A DNA stretch of 64,000 nt from a virus: IMG/VR virus record IMGVR_UViG_3300047444_000783, positions 45,587-109,586 of that record; one strand, given 5' to 3'. The position numbers and the translations under genes are program-made. Each line of letters opens with the position of its first letter. The stretch's first letter is position 1. This document shows positions 1 to 10,483 of this stretch, one piece after another. The notes below the pieces were generated by a model. It did no database searches and had not been told where the DNA came from. It saw only the letters and a program-made list of their open reading frames with translations.

Positions 1-600
1 TCCGATGCCAAGGAAAATTCCGTCTTCCTTGTTATTTCTGATCCTACAGCCGCGGATGATCCAGCGGGCAGCAAACCCGCCAGTATTGATGCCCGCCTCA
101 CCCCAGTTTTCGACTACGAGGTTTTCGAGTGTGACGTCGGAGACGCTACCTGAGTTGATCCCGGAATACCCGATACTCGAGGCGTTCGGTCCGCGGATTG
201 TCAGGTCCGAGACGTGTGTCAACGCGTCGGCGATGTTGAGGCCAATGACCCCCAGGTTGGGGAAGCTGAGAATCGTTGCGCCCGGACCGCTGCCAATTAT
301 CTTGAGTGGCCGACCGTTCGTCGTTAGCCCGGTCAGACACTTATAGGTACCGGCCGGAAGAATGAGCGTGCCGGCCGTGCTTATCTGGTTGATGGCCGCC
401 TGAATGGCCGTCGTCGAGTCCGAAGTTCCGGATATGTCGGCGCCGAAATCGACAGCGTTAAAGATCTCCTGACCGAGCAGCGAGTGGATGCCGATCTTAT
501 CCAGCGCGGCCGATGACCCGTCCGCAAGGATAACCGTGTCCTGGCCAAACCCAAGCTGCAGGTCCTGCTTATACGATGGTCCAAAGATAAAACTTTCCAT
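1..600 (-). CDS. Tailspike / pectate-lyase-like beta-helix protein (3' partial)
   Basis: Not in ORF track. ATG at 600 abuts the stop of 601..4185. Translates MESFIFGPSYKQDLQLGFGQDTVILADGSSAALDKIGIHSLLG...AVDFGADISGTSDSTTAIQAAIN...ILPAGTY (Pectate_lyase_3-type motif); open to the window edge. Confidence 0.85.
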   Translation of the reverse strand, partial: MESFIFGPSYKQDLQLGFGQDTVILADGSSAALDKIGIHSLLGQEIFNAVDFGADISGTSDSTTAIQAAINQISTAGTLILPAGTYKCLTGLTTNGRPLKIIGSGPGATILSFPNLGVIGLNIADALTHVSDLTIRGPNASSIGYSGINSGSVSDVTLENLVVENWGEAGINTGGFAARWIIRGCRIRNNKEDGIFLGIG

Positions 601-3600
601 CTATCGCTGCCTCGTTGCTGGCAAGTACTCCTGATCTGCCAATGGCGCGCGCTGGTAACCGCGCTCGCCCGCCATCGGATACCACTCGACGTCCGACTGA
701 TTCAAGAACACCTTGAACCCGCTCGTGCTCGTGATGACGAAACGGAAGGTCTTGCCCTTCAGCCCTGGCGGAAGAATCAACTCGTACTTGATCCAGCCGC
801 TCGCCGACTGAATCAAGATGGGCGGGCTGGTGTACCGCAAGGATTCATCGACCGATATCTGAACGATGATCGTGCTCGGCGTCTGCGCGGCAATCCACAG
901 CCGACGGATGTATTTCCAGCGCGTGTACCCGAAATCCAGATCGATCGTGTCGTACCGCGTCATCTGCAGCGGATCCGCCAGGAATTCGAACTGATGCGAG
1001 TAATAGCGGAACGGGCTGGCGCTCGAGAAGATCAGCCGCGTCAGTTTGCCGATTGTGTCGGCAAGCAGCGAGAACGGGACGATCTGTCGGCCGATCGTGG
1101 TTATCTGGAGCGTCTGGGTCGTCTGGTTATCGACCTGGACCTCAACGCTTGTCACATCCTGAGTGTCGATCTCGATCTGCAATTGCCGGAGTCGCTTGTC
1201 TCCTGCGTACCCGAGGTTGTCCCAGTCGGTCGGCAGCTTGGTGACCGGCGACCGGAGCGGGATGTAAAAGAAAGTGATTTTGTAGAACTTTACGGCCTGG
1301 CTGCCGTTCGTGCCCTGCACGCCAAGGCTGACGTTGCGGCACTGTGTGTCGTCCGACAGCGGGAAATAGACCGGGCCGCGCGCGCTGTTCGTCAGGCCGA
1401 CGCTCTGGGCAGGTGCCTGGCCGTTATCGAAGCCGGCAAAGAATGGGATGGTCTGCCCCTGCAGGTCGCAGTCGATTACGATCTCGGTAATCTGCTTGGT
1501 CACGCTCTGCCCGCCGAAATCCAGATACGGGGTCGTGAAGCGGATGTTGATCGGAACCCCCTGATCGGTGTTCCCGTTGTTACGCTGATATACCAGACCG
1601 TCAGAACTCCCGCTGTAGAGTTGGCCGATGTCGTCCAAGCGCACATATGACGTGGCCGGCCGGTCCGTCGGTTCCCACCGGCTCAGGTCGAAGTCGAACG
1701 TGATCTCCTGGCGGACGGTATTCTCGTCCGTGTAGGCGTACCAGATCTTCGAACCGTGGTACTCCATAGCCTCCGTGCCTTTATAGAACACGGCGATCGG
1801 CGCCATCGATCCGTCCGGACTGCCAAAGCCGACACCGTCGAATAGCGGCTGGATCGGCAGCGTCATTTTTTCCGAGAACCCGCTTCCGGGTAGCGCGTAG
1901 ATTCCTCCGGCTGCCCGGTAATAGATACGGCCGCGACCGCGGCAGATCGCGTTGCCGAAGAGTCCGACCTCGCTGCCGGTCGGAATCAACTGGAACGAGT
2001 CCGGCGCCGATCCGATCAGGCGGTCGACTGTCGCCTGGCTGAAGACAAATAACTGATCGTCAAGCCCGAACGGCCGGACAATCGGATCCCCGGAACGGGA
2101 GCGGGCCACGTAATTATTAGCCAGAAAGATCTCGGGCGTAAATCGCTCGGAGTACCAAATGCGGTCCTTGTGGCGGCTGTCGTTCGACCATAGCCGGCCG
2201 TTAAAGACCTCCATCGTCACCGGGTCAAACGCGTTCGCGCCGACCCGCGCTTCGGCCACGCGGACGACCGCCGAAAGAGTCGCCGAGACGCTCAGCCGGA
2301 CGTAATAGGCGTCGATGCCGTTAACGCTCGAGATCGCCCAGTCGCTCGGTATATCAAACTCGACCGTCCCGCTCAGCCCGAGCGTCGCCCCAATGTTATC
2401 GGTCCCATCGATCTGGTCCTGTACCGCATACCAGGACGAACCATTCCAGTATTGAACTGTTAATACACTTTGGTTCGTGTTCGCGCCGGCCATGATGACA
2501 AGGATCTGACGGAATAGCTGGTCCGCTCCAATCACCAGCCAACCCCCGCCGCCGAGGTTCGGCAGACTCGAGAGGTCGGCGTATGTTGTCGTGTTATCGT
2601 CGCTGACGGCTGCCGTGACGTCCGTGTACGTGCCGCCAGAGTTGGCGGTCTTCTGGGCGCTCGTGCACGTCTGGCTTGCCAACTGCTCGAGGTTCGCCAG
2701 TTCGATCTGGGTTAGATCTGGAACGTTCCCCTGATTCTGATCGGCTGTGCTGTCCGTAATCGTCGTCGTGCCCGTCCAGGCCGCCACCACCTTCTCAGCC
2801 GCGAACGAGAATACGCTTGTCAGACCGCCTTTCCGGTATAACTCGATGTGCGTTGCCTGCAGATCTCGCGGATTCCGCACGGTCACCGTCGCATTCGTCG
2901 CGTCGACCTCGACCTGCGAAGTCATGACCGGGCTGAAGGGGCTAGTCATGCCCGTCAGATTGTTCCGGTACCGGTAGATCCATTCGTAGTTATTCGCATT
3001 CAGCCCGTTACCGGACTGCATGATCAGGTCGTCCATCCCCAGATTTACGGCCCCGCTGTCATTCGTCTGGATCTGAATCCGGATGCCTGCGACATTCGAC
3101 CAGTTGGTTGTAGCGGTCCCCACGCGAACGAACTCCGATTTCCGGATGAAGATCTGCAGCCACTGCGACGTTCCGGTCGGCAAGTTGGCCGGCTGGAGTG
3201 TCGCAGCCAGCGCCTTGTTGGCCGCCGCTATCTGAGATGGATCAAGGGAATTATTGATCGCCAGTAATTGACTCTGCGACAGCTTCCCGTTCAGTTGTCC
3301 CGGGAATTGGAGTTGCAGCGCCGCCAGGCTGACCGTGCTGGAGAATGCCTGTGGCGCCGTCTGAATTCCTTGGGCCGCCGCGTTGGAGACATCGGCGACG
3401 ATCGACTTCCAGTAATAGTTATGCGCGAAATCATTGACCAGCGGGTCGACATCGAACATTAACCGGACTTCCGTTATGTTGGCTGCCACGTCAACCCGGA
3501 GCGCGATCGAGATGAAATCGTTATCGTCACTGTCGCCGGCGACCGTGAACTTCCCGAGATCGAACGGCGCGATCATCGTCATGTAGCCGGTTGTCGATTT

Positions 3601-4185
3601 GGCGACCGCGAGGCTGCCGGCATACGTTCCCTGGAACGGGTCGGTCGATGATGATGTTACCGTCGCAGCGAACGTCGGCCAGGCCGCCTGGATTGACGTG
3701 TTGTCCGGATATTCGAACAGATCGATCGTCTTGGAAGTGATGGCCGTCTCTACCGCGCTCGCCATCGCCATCGGCCCGGCGATCCCAAAGCCGGTGACAT
3801 TCACCCCGTCATCTTTAACGCGCCGCAGCGAATCCCATACGATCTCGAACGGAGTGACCGACAGATCCGGGCCACCGTCACGCATCGTCAGCGGGTTACC
3901 CGAGAATCCGTGCTCGATCTCAACCCAGTTGCGGAAGAGTTTCGTGCCGGCCCCCTGGTAGGTATGAGGAGTTCCCTGGACGGTGATCCGGCCCAACGAA
4001 TGGACGGGGCCGATGTTCGTGCCATTGACCCGCGCGGTCCCCCCGCGACTCATCAGGAAGCCGCTCTTGTCGGCCGTCATGTTGAGCAGGTTCGGCAGGT
4101 AGCCGTCCGGCAACACGTCTCCCGGGCGACTGATCAGGAGTCCCTTGTTCTCGAGGTCCAGCGTAAATGATTGCGGTTCTGGCAT
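601..4185 (-). CDS. Tail/head-stabilisation protein (tail tubular B / nozzle-like)
   Basis: 1194 aa beta-rich protein with RIWYSE..PE and propeller-like segments; sits in the tail module. Confidence 0.6.
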   Translation of the reverse strand: MPEPQSFTLDLENKGLLISRPGDVLPDGYLPNLLNMTADKSGFLMSRGGTARVNGTNIGPVHSLGRITVQGTPHTYQGAGTKLFRNWVEIEHGFSGNPLTMRDGGPDLSVTPFEIVWDSLRRVKDDGVNVTGFGIAGPMAMASAVETAITSKTIDLFEYPDNTSIQAAWPTFAATVTSSSTDPFQGTYAGSLAVAKSTTGYMTMIAPFDLGKFTVAGDSDDNDFISIALRVDVAANITEVRLMFDVDPLVNDFAHNYYWKSIVADVSNAAAQGIQTAPQAFSSTVSLAALQLQFPGQLNGKLSQSQLLAINNSLDPSQIAAANKALAATLQPANLPTGTSQWLQIFIRKSEFVRVGTATTNWSNVAGIRIQIQTNDSGAVNLGMDDLIMQSGNGLNANNYEWIYRYRNNLTGMTSPFSPVMTSQVEVDATNATVTVRNPRDLQATHIELYRKGGLTSVFSFAAEKVVAAWTGTTTITDSTADQNQGNVPDLTQIELANLEQLASQTCTSAQKTANSGGTYTDVTAAVSDDNTTTYADLSSLPNLGGGGWLVIGADQLFRQILVIMAGANTNQSVLTVQYWNGSSWYAVQDQIDGTDNIGATLGLSGTVEFDIPSDWAISSVNGIDAYYVRLSVSATLSAVVRVAEARVGANAFDPVTMEVFNGRLWSNDSRHKDRIWYSERFTPEIFLANNYVARSRSGDPIVRPFGLDDQLFVFSQATVDRLIGSAPDSFQLIPTGSEVGLFGNAICRGRGRIYYRAAGGIYALPGSGFSEKMTLPIQPLFDGVGFGSPDGSMAPIAVFYKGTEAMEYHGSKIWYAYTDENTVRQEITFDFDLSRWEPTDRPATSYVRLDDIGQLYSGSSDGLVYQRNNGNTDQGVPINIRFTTPYLDFGGQSVTKQITEIVIDCDLQGQTIPFFAGFDNGQAPAQSVGLTNSARGPVYFPLSDDTQCRNVSLGVQGTNGSQAVKFYKITFFYIPLRSPVTKLPTDWDNLGYAGDKRLRQLQIEIDTQDVTSVEVQVDNQTTQTLQITTIGRQIVPFSLLADTIGKLTRLIFSSASPFRYYSHQFEFLADPLQMTRYDTIDLDFGYTRWKYIRRLWIAAQTPSTIIVQISVDESLRYTSPPILIQSASGWIKYELILPPGLKGKTFRFVITSTSGFKVFLNQSDVEWYPMAGERGYQRAPLADQEYLPATRQR

Positions 4186-4186
4186 A

Positions 4187-5968
4187 TTAAGTTGCGTAAA
4201 TTCTCATGGCTACAACTCGGTATACCCCGGTCGCCGGAGTTTGCGGGCTAGCGCTCGGATTTACCCAGGTAACATTGAGTATGTCGGTCCCGGCCCGGAC
4301 TCCAGCAATGCCCACGGCGCCAGCACTTCCCGGCGGCGTGTTGATTATTATCGTGTCGTCCGAACTAAGGCCTGGCACACTGTACGTCTGCTCCGCTACC
4401 TGAAAAGGACCTACGGCGCTTGATATAAGAGTCGGGTTAAAGATTTGGACGTAGTTGATCTGCGCTGCAGTGACAGCGCCTTCCGAGCTGATCCATAGTG
4501 GTCCCCGTATCTTGGTAATGATATTGGCATTGTCGGCGATCTGAACTATGTCGTGGGCATCCGTACCGATGACCTTGTTTTGCAATGCACCGGTGCTGTC
4601 GCGCGCGCCCAGATATGTATTCTTTGGCAGCATCAACTGCTCGGTCAGAACCAACCCCTGCGGAATTCCAATCCCGACATTGTCGTTGAGATAGATGCCT
4701 CGCAGCGAACCAGGAGTGATATCCAGTGGCGTGTTGACGGTAAGCGCATTTATCCCGAGGAACACCTGGCCGTATCCAGCACCGATCCTGATACCGACAG
4801 TGCTGCCGCCGAGGCTGAACATCTGGTTGCCGTCGATCATCGCCTGATCGCCGTTTCCGTTGCCTTCAAGAAGGATGCCGATCGATGACGAACCAAGATT
4901 AAGCAGATTGCCGATGATCTTCAGGTCGGACGTCCATTGCGCGGCAGCAGTAGCGAACCAGATGTGGGTGCCGTTGTACCCATGGACCGGGTCGCTCGTC
5001 ATAAAGTTATTGGCGATAATGATCCCGCCGAGAGTCCCGGCCGTCCTGTTGAACTTAACGATCGCCGTCTTCTGCGCCTCGCAGAAGTTGTCGATAAAGG
5101 TAACCTGGCTGCTGTTTCCCGACGTGTTCCAATTAACGGCGAGCGCGATATCCCATGTCTGGAATTGGTTCGCCGTAACCTTTAAGCCGCCGCCGGCGAT
5201 CAATTCGATCGCGTAATTACCTGTCAGGGCGACGTCTGACGAGAACCCGTTCCCGTGAATCAGATTGTTGCCTTCGTCTCCGCTCCCGGTGTTATTCAGC
5301 CGGACTCCACGGAATCGCGAATTCTGGAACTGGTTGTTCAGGATTCGCATGCCGCTGACCTGCCCGGACTCGATAGCAACGTATTGGCTTTCAAACACGT
5401 TATGGGCAATCACGGACTGCTGATTAGTTCCGGTAATTGGCACTCCGTTGCCAGTCAGGGCGATCGCGGCGCCGGAACTCTGGTTGCCAGTGCTGTTAAA
5501 GATCGCATCGCGAATCTGAAATGAACCCGTCGTCGCAACGCTGAATACGGTGGCCGTGCTTGTCGTCTGCCGAAAGACGCTGACGCCGCGACCGTCGCAG
5601 ATAACATTCAGCGCGGCCTGAGCGTTGAACGCAGGCGATGCGCTGATCATGAACGTCGTAGCTCCGACGATCAGTACGACCGGGCGGTCGATCAGGGCCG
5701 TCGTCGTGAAAGCGTAGTTCCCGACCAGCCCCCGGCAGTCGACGACTCCGCCGGTCGATGGCAGCGCCTGGACAGCCGCCGAGATCTGGACTCCCGCCTC
5801 GGTACCCGTAAAGTCAGCCGCACTGACGTATGCCGGCCCGAGCAGCTTATGGATCCCAAACTTATTCAACGTCGAGACAGTCCCGTCCGCGATCGTCACC
5901 GGGGCACTTCCGAACCCGATCGCTATATCCTCCGCGTAGGACTGTCCGAAGATGAAGGTCTCGCTCAT
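4187..5968 (-). CDS. Tailspike, right-handed beta-helix
   Basis: Asn/Ile-ladder repeats; N-terminus shared with the other two spikes. Confidence 0.75.
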   Translation of the reverse strand: MSETFIFGQSYAEDIAIGFGSAPVTIADGTVSTLNKFGIHKLLGPAYVSAADFTGTEAGVQISAAVQALPSTGGVVDCRGLVGNYAFTTTALIDRPVVLIVGATTFMISASPAFNAQAALNVICDGRGVSVFRQTTSTATVFSVATTGSFQIRDAIFNSTGNQSSGAAIALTGNGVPITGTNQQSVIAHNVFESQYVAIESGQVSGMRILNNQFQNSRFRGVRLNNTGSGDEGNNLIHGNGFSSDVALTGNYAIELIAGGGLKVTANQFQTWDIALAVNWNTSGNSSQVTFIDNFCEAQKTAIVKFNRTAGTLGGIIIANNFMTSDPVHGYNGTHIWFATAAAQWTSDLKIIGNLLNLGSSSIGILLEGNGNGDQAMIDGNQMFSLGGSTVGIRIGAGYGQVFLGINALTVNTPLDITPGSLRGIYLNDNVGIGIPQGLVLTEQLMLPKNTYLGARDSTGALQNKVIGTDAHDIVQIADNANIITKIRGPLWISSEGAVTAAQINYVQIFNPTLISSAVGPFQVAEQTYSVPGLSSDDTIIINTPPGSAGAVGIAGVRAGTDILNVTWVNPSASPQTPATGVYRVVAMRIYAT

Positions 5969-6387
5969 CCCATCCTTCTCATCGCTTGATTGGCTGGCTG
6001 CGTTTTCTGGATCTTCTCAAGCAGGTTTGCCGTCACCCGCTGCATGACCGCCAGATTCTCCCGGTCGCTGAAGTTGGAGTTCATGGTGATATTCATGCTC
6101 TCATCGACGTCCAGGGCGATCCGCCGGTCCTTGTTCCTGGATAGTCTGTTATGAATATCGAGTTGCAGGAGGTACAGCCAGGACATCGCCAGCGGCCAAT
6201 TGGCCATCGGGTAGAACCAGAACAGCACGGCCGCCGCGATCGCTCCCCAGACGGACATGCAGCGTACGCACGTCCAGAGGTAGATGGGGAATCGCTCGCG
6301 CAGTCGCGCGGTAAGTCGGTCCATCGTGAACAACTCGGTAATCCGCCAGGCGGACAGAACAGCAAAGATAATGTGAACAATCTGCAT
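5965..6387 (-). CDS. DUF1360-like membrane protein
   Basis: WRITELFTMD and CVRCMSVW motifs with hydrophobic helices. Confidence 0.6.
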   Translation of the reverse strand: MQIVHIIFAVLSAWRITELFTMDRLTARLRERFPIYLWTCVRCMSVWGAIAAAVLFWFYPMANWPLAMSWLYLLQLDIHNRLSRNKDRRIALDVDESMNITMNSNFSDRENLAVMQRVTANLLEKIQKTQPANQAMRRMG

Positions 6388-8733
6388 TCAAACGGTCCTC
6401 CCAAATTCTCTAAATTCAACCCCAGGTGTTATAAGGCAGATGGTGAGTGTGTTGCCAGGTGTCGCCGCGTAATCGGCGCTACCGGCGAGAAACAGCGGGG
6501 TAAAGCTGGCGCCACAAGATTGGCCATTTTTAATCGTTGGACTACCCGAGAACTCTATGTAAATCATCGCGCCTTGCTGCCAGCCGGTGTGCTCAATGCA
6601 ATGAATCGGGGTGTTGCCAGCGATGACAAATACGATCCCGCCGGTGCCCAGCGTCGTGTTGTTCGCGGCCGTAACCGGAGTTATATCCAGAGAGAACTGG
6701 ACCCGCGCGCGACCGACCGTCAGCCCGCCGTTGAGCGTCGAATGGTTGCCGACAACAAGTCCGTCCTGAATGGTTAAATCCCCGAATTCAGCCTGGGTTA
6801 TTCTGGTCGCCCCGTTGAAAGTCCCATCGGTGTACCCGCCATACGCAGTCCCGTTCAGCGAGATGTTTTCCGCTCCATTCACGATGTTATGGGCGAGTGT
6901 CGTGATCGTGTTTACGTACTGAGTTTCCAGCCAGTTGACCGGAGTCCCAAGGTCTCTAATATGGTTGTTTGTTACGATCAGGGCGAGATATGCGCTGACA
7001 ATAATTGTCGAACTTGCGCCCCCGGTGTTGATGTCCCGCAATTCGCAGTTTGTGATATTCAGCCGACGTCCACCACCGGCCCCCGTATTACCGTGGATCA
7101 CAGTCCCGGTATACTGCGTGCCGCTGATGATCACTCCATCGATGTCATAACTTCCGGACGGCCCGGTCGCACCAGCCCCGTCAACTCGAATAGCCTTATC
7201 CGGATGTCCGTTGTTGTTGATGATCTGACCGCCTTTTAAAATCAGGTCCGAGTTGAAGGCATAGACATCGTAAGGCTGGGCAACGGCAGCGTTCCGGACA
7301 TTATCGATAAAACTGAACCCCGACAGAGTGACGCTCGAAGCATTGCAAATGAGCGCCTGTCCCTGGTAGGAGTTGGCGATAAAGTTAGAGATGGTTATGT
7401 TCGTCGCGTTCAGAGTTGAGATGCCGAATTCTTGAGGCTGAACAGTGAGATTCGTTCCATCGCCGACAACGTTTGAGATTGCCACGCTGTCGATGTCGCC
7501 AGGATTGGCACCGTTAAATTGAATAATTCCTGCGCCGCCATGATTCGAGCGGATATCGCTGATGACAGACTTGTACAGATGGTCGGCGGTGACGCAAAGA
7601 TTTCCACCGAAGCAGTCGAGATCTGCGATCGTCAGACCTTGCGGTGCGAGCGAGGAACCGCCGGTTCGCGTGACATACACACAGTTTACGACCCCGCCCC
7701 CGTTGTTGATCCAGTCGCACTGGTTGTGAATGATCTTTGTCCCGGCCGTATCCACGGTCGCCGTCGATTCGACGAGCACGCCAATGCTGGACAGGAACCA
7801 ATTGTTTTCAATGCTGGTTAAGTTCCCTCTTACTCGGATCGCGGCATGTGCCGCATCCTGGCCACTGGAAGTGATCATCATGTGTTTAACGGCTGACGGG
7901 CAGGCCCAGTTGAACATCTGGATCAGATCGACGTTTTGATCGCTGAATAGGGTCGTGGTCCCCCTACCCTCCCCGACTAGCGTCAGACAGGCATTGATCA
8001 CCCCGACTGGCACGCCTCTACCGACGTCTCCAGGGCACCCGTTGTAATGACAGGTCGACACGGCCTGGGTGATGTAGTACGTGCTTGCCGGAAACTTGAC
8101 GATCCCGGCCGGAGCAATCTCGAGGGTATTGCTGACAGACCCGGCGACCACGAAGTCTACGGCCGCCTGGATCGGCGCCCAGTCGTCGGTCACGCCATCA
8201 CCAACCGCGCCGAACCACTGTGGATAGATGCAGGCGGCTACCCCGGCCGCTACCGGGGCGGTCGTGCCAGCGAAGATCTTATAGAGGCCGGCAATGATCT
8301 GGCCGGCGAACGAGAGCGTTACGCTGGACGTCGACAGGATGGACCCGGGCGCGAACGAGATCGATACGTTGAGCGGAACTGTCGTATTGACCGCAACGGT
8401 TGTCGTCCCGACGCCGAGGTACAGATGCACCGGCTTGGTCGACGACAGTCCGGTAAACGGGTTAGTTGACCATGTTTGAGCACCATGTAAGGACCGCGCA
8501 TCGACGACCCCGCCGGTCGATGGCAGGGCCGCGATCGCCGCCGCGATCTTGAGCGAGGCATCGGCCCCCGCGAAATCCGCGGCGCTCAGGTACGCCGGAC
8601 CGAGCAGCGAATGGATCCCGATCAGGTTCAACGTCTCGGTCGACCCGTCCGGCAGCGTAACGCCGGCGATCGGGCCATGGCCGAACGCCAGGTCCTCCTC
8701 GAAGTTGGATCCGAATATAAATGTCTCTGCCAT
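6388..8733 (-). CDS. Tailspike, pectate-lyase-like beta-helix
   Basis: PQWFGAVGDGVTDDWAPIQAAVD motif followed by beta-helix repeats. Confidence 0.8.
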   Translation of the reverse strand: MAETFIFGSNFEEDLAFGHGPIAGVTLPDGSTETLNLIGIHSLLGPAYLSAADFAGADASLKIAAAIAALPSTGGVVDARSLHGAQTWSTNPFTGLSSTKPVHLYLGVGTTTVAVNTTVPLNVSISFAPGSILSTSSVTLSFAGQIIAGLYKIFAGTTAPVAAGVAACIYPQWFGAVGDGVTDDWAPIQAAVDFVVAGSVSNTLEIAPAGIVKFPASTYYITQAVSTCHYNGCPGDVGRGVPVGVINACLTLVGEGRGTTTLFSDQNVDLIQMFNWACPSAVKHMMITSSGQDAAHAAIRVRGNLTSIENNWFLSSIGVLVESTATVDTAGTKIIHNQCDWINNGGGVVNCVYVTRTGGSSLAPQGLTIADLDCFGGNLCVTADHLYKSVISDIRSNHGGAGIIQFNGANPGDIDSVAISNVVGDGTNLTVQPQEFGISTLNATNITISNFIANSYQGQALICNASSVTLSGFSFIDNVRNAAVAQPYDVYAFNSDLILKGGQIINNNGHPDKAIRVDGAGATGPSGSYDIDGVIISGTQYTGTVIHGNTGAGGGRRLNITNCELRDINTGGASSTIIVSAYLALIVTNNHIRDLGTPVNWLETQYVNTITTLAHNIVNGAENISLNGTAYGGYTDGTFNGATRITQAEFGDLTIQDGLVVGNHSTLNGGLTVGRARVQFSLDITPVTAANNTTLGTGGIVFVIAGNTPIHCIEHTGWQQGAMIYIEFSGSPTIKNGQSCGASFTPLFLAGSADYAATPGNTLTICLITPGVEFREFGRTV

Positions 8734-9827
8734 TATTGAGGCGTCCCCTGCGGTTGCGAAACCTTGTCGTGCACGGCGCTGATCAGCCGGCGGAATAGCT
8801 GGACCCCGAAATCGAATCTCAGCTTGCAGTATTTGGCGCGCGGCAGATCCTGCCCCTCGCCCTGCTTGTTCAGCATCACCATCAGCGTCCAGAACTTAAT
8901 GTACGGGAGCACGAAGTCCGGCACGCGCATCAGATCGTCCAGCCTCGACACGTCATCGATCAGCCGCGTCCCCAGGATCTCGAAGTTCGTCAGACCGGTC
9001 AGCATCTGACGGATGGTCCCCGCGTACGGCCGGCCGTGAGGGAGGACCCCGTTGATTGCCGGGACCCCAATGGAATACCGGAATAAACCGCCCCCGCCGC
9101 CGCCTGGCAGCGTCGCCGAGTAAAAGGTAGTATCGGCCGTCCAGGCCGCGCTCGCGCCTGTAACGGTCACTGTGGCGTTCGCCGTCAACGTTACCTGGTG
9201 GGTTGTGTTGAATCCGCTGATCGTTGTGATCAGCGCCCCGCCGGCCGGCCCGGCTCCGGCAACCGCGATCCGTTTCCCGATATCGTCAGTCGTGAAGGTC
9301 GCGCTCGCGCTGTTGAGTACGTTCGTTGTCGCGTTGATCGCCGCGTCGGTCACGTTCGTCGTCGCGTGCATCATGTACCGAAGGGTCCCGAGGTTACCGA
9401 CCGTTCGGTAGCCTGTTCCGGTCATCACACTCGTCGGCGCCCGGTCCATTTCGAATGTCTTGGTCGACAGTTGATCCTGGTGATACTGCCGCGGGACCCC
9501 CGGGAGCGTCCGCCACTTCGGATTATCGCGATCCAGATTCAGCCGGGTTGTCCGGTAAGTCGCTTTGTTGTTGAAGGCGATCCGGTCCAACTGCATCGTG
9601 AAGTACGGGTCCGCGTAGATCCGCTGGTTTGTCACGCTCTGGACCGCCGCAATCACCTTAATCAACTGTGTTTGCAGCACGAACTCCTTCGCCGCCGCAT
9701 TCAGGTACCCAATGATCTCATCGGGCGACCACAGTCCTGTCGACCAGTCGATGCCTCCACGATTGGAGTAATCCTCCTGCACGAGTACAGCGAGTTGTGA
9801 AAGTACGGTCGCGACGGTTGTGCTCAT
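8733..9827 (-). CDS. Head-tail adaptor-like virion protein
   Basis: WSPDEIIGYLNAA adaptor-type N-terminus; internal Thr/Ala-rich insertion. Confidence 0.55.
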   Translation of the reverse strand: MSTTVATVLSQLAVLVQEDYSNRGGIDWSTGLWSPDEIIGYLNAAAKEFVLQTQLIKVIAAVQSVTNQRIYADPYFTMQLDRIAFNNKATYRTTRLNLDRDNPKWRTLPGVPRQYHQDQLSTKTFEMDRAPTSVMTGTGYRTVGNLGTLRYMMHATTNVTDAAINATTNVLNSASATFTTDDIGKRIAVAGAGPAGGALITTISGFNTTHQVTLTANATVTVTGASAAWTADTTFYSATLPGGGGGGLFRYSIGVPAINGVLPHGRPYAGTIRQMLTGLTNFEILGTRLIDDVSRLDDLMRVPDFVLPYIKFWTLMVMLNKQGEGQDLPRAKYCKLRFDFGVQLFRRLISAVHDKVSQPQGTPQ

Positions 9828-10483
9828 CAGCTTCTATCGACTGTCGAATACTCGTTGCCCGTATCCGCGTTCGGATCACGACTCCAGATCGTGAACTCGG
9901 CTGCGAATGTCCTCTGCGCTTTGTGGCCGGCGATCAAGCGATACTGATCATAGGCTTCCATCGCCTGCTGCAACTCAGCCCCGCTCTCCTTGAACCGCGC
10001 CATGTGATACACGTACATGGTCAACGCCTCGATGTACTCCGCCTCTAGATCGATCACCGTGTTCTCATCGATCGCCCCGGGTTCGTCGAGAGTCGTAAGC
10101 GTCACGTTGTACGCGCCGGTCGGAGTCCGGTCGCAGAACCAGCGGTCGAGGCCGCATGGCGCCCACTTCGTCAGGATCCCGGTCAGGCCGTCCCATAGTG
10201 GGTTCGCCCGGTCAAAATTCTCGATCGAACTCTTTTCGATCTTCTGATTCGAGACCTGAATATTGATGATCGCGATCGCCCCCTCTGGGGTTGACTGGGC
10301 CTTCGCTCCGATCATCGCGTACGTACGTTCGCTCGTCAGTTGCGAGGCCATCAGCGTGAACTCGAGAAACCCCTCGTTCAGCAAGACCAGCAACTCCGAG
10401 CGGGACCAGAAGATCGGGGTCGCCTCCTCTTCAGCGAGACGGTCCAGCACCTGGTCGAGAATCTGTCCGGCGGTCGCGCTCAT
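9827..10483 (-). CDS. Head-tail adaptor-like virion protein
   Basis: FWSRSELLVLLNEG motif, similar to its neighbour. Confidence 0.55.
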   Translation of the reverse strand: MSATAGQILDQVLDRLAEEEATPIFWSRSELLVLLNEGFLEFTLMASQLTSERTYAMIGAKAQSTPEGAIAIINIQVSNQKIEKSSIENFDRANPLWDGLTGILTKWAPCGLDRWFCDRTPTGAYNVTLTTLDEPGAIDENTVIDLEAEYIEALTMYVYHMARFKESGAELQQAMEAYDQYRLIAGHKAQRTFAAEFTIWSRDPNADTGNEYSTVDRS

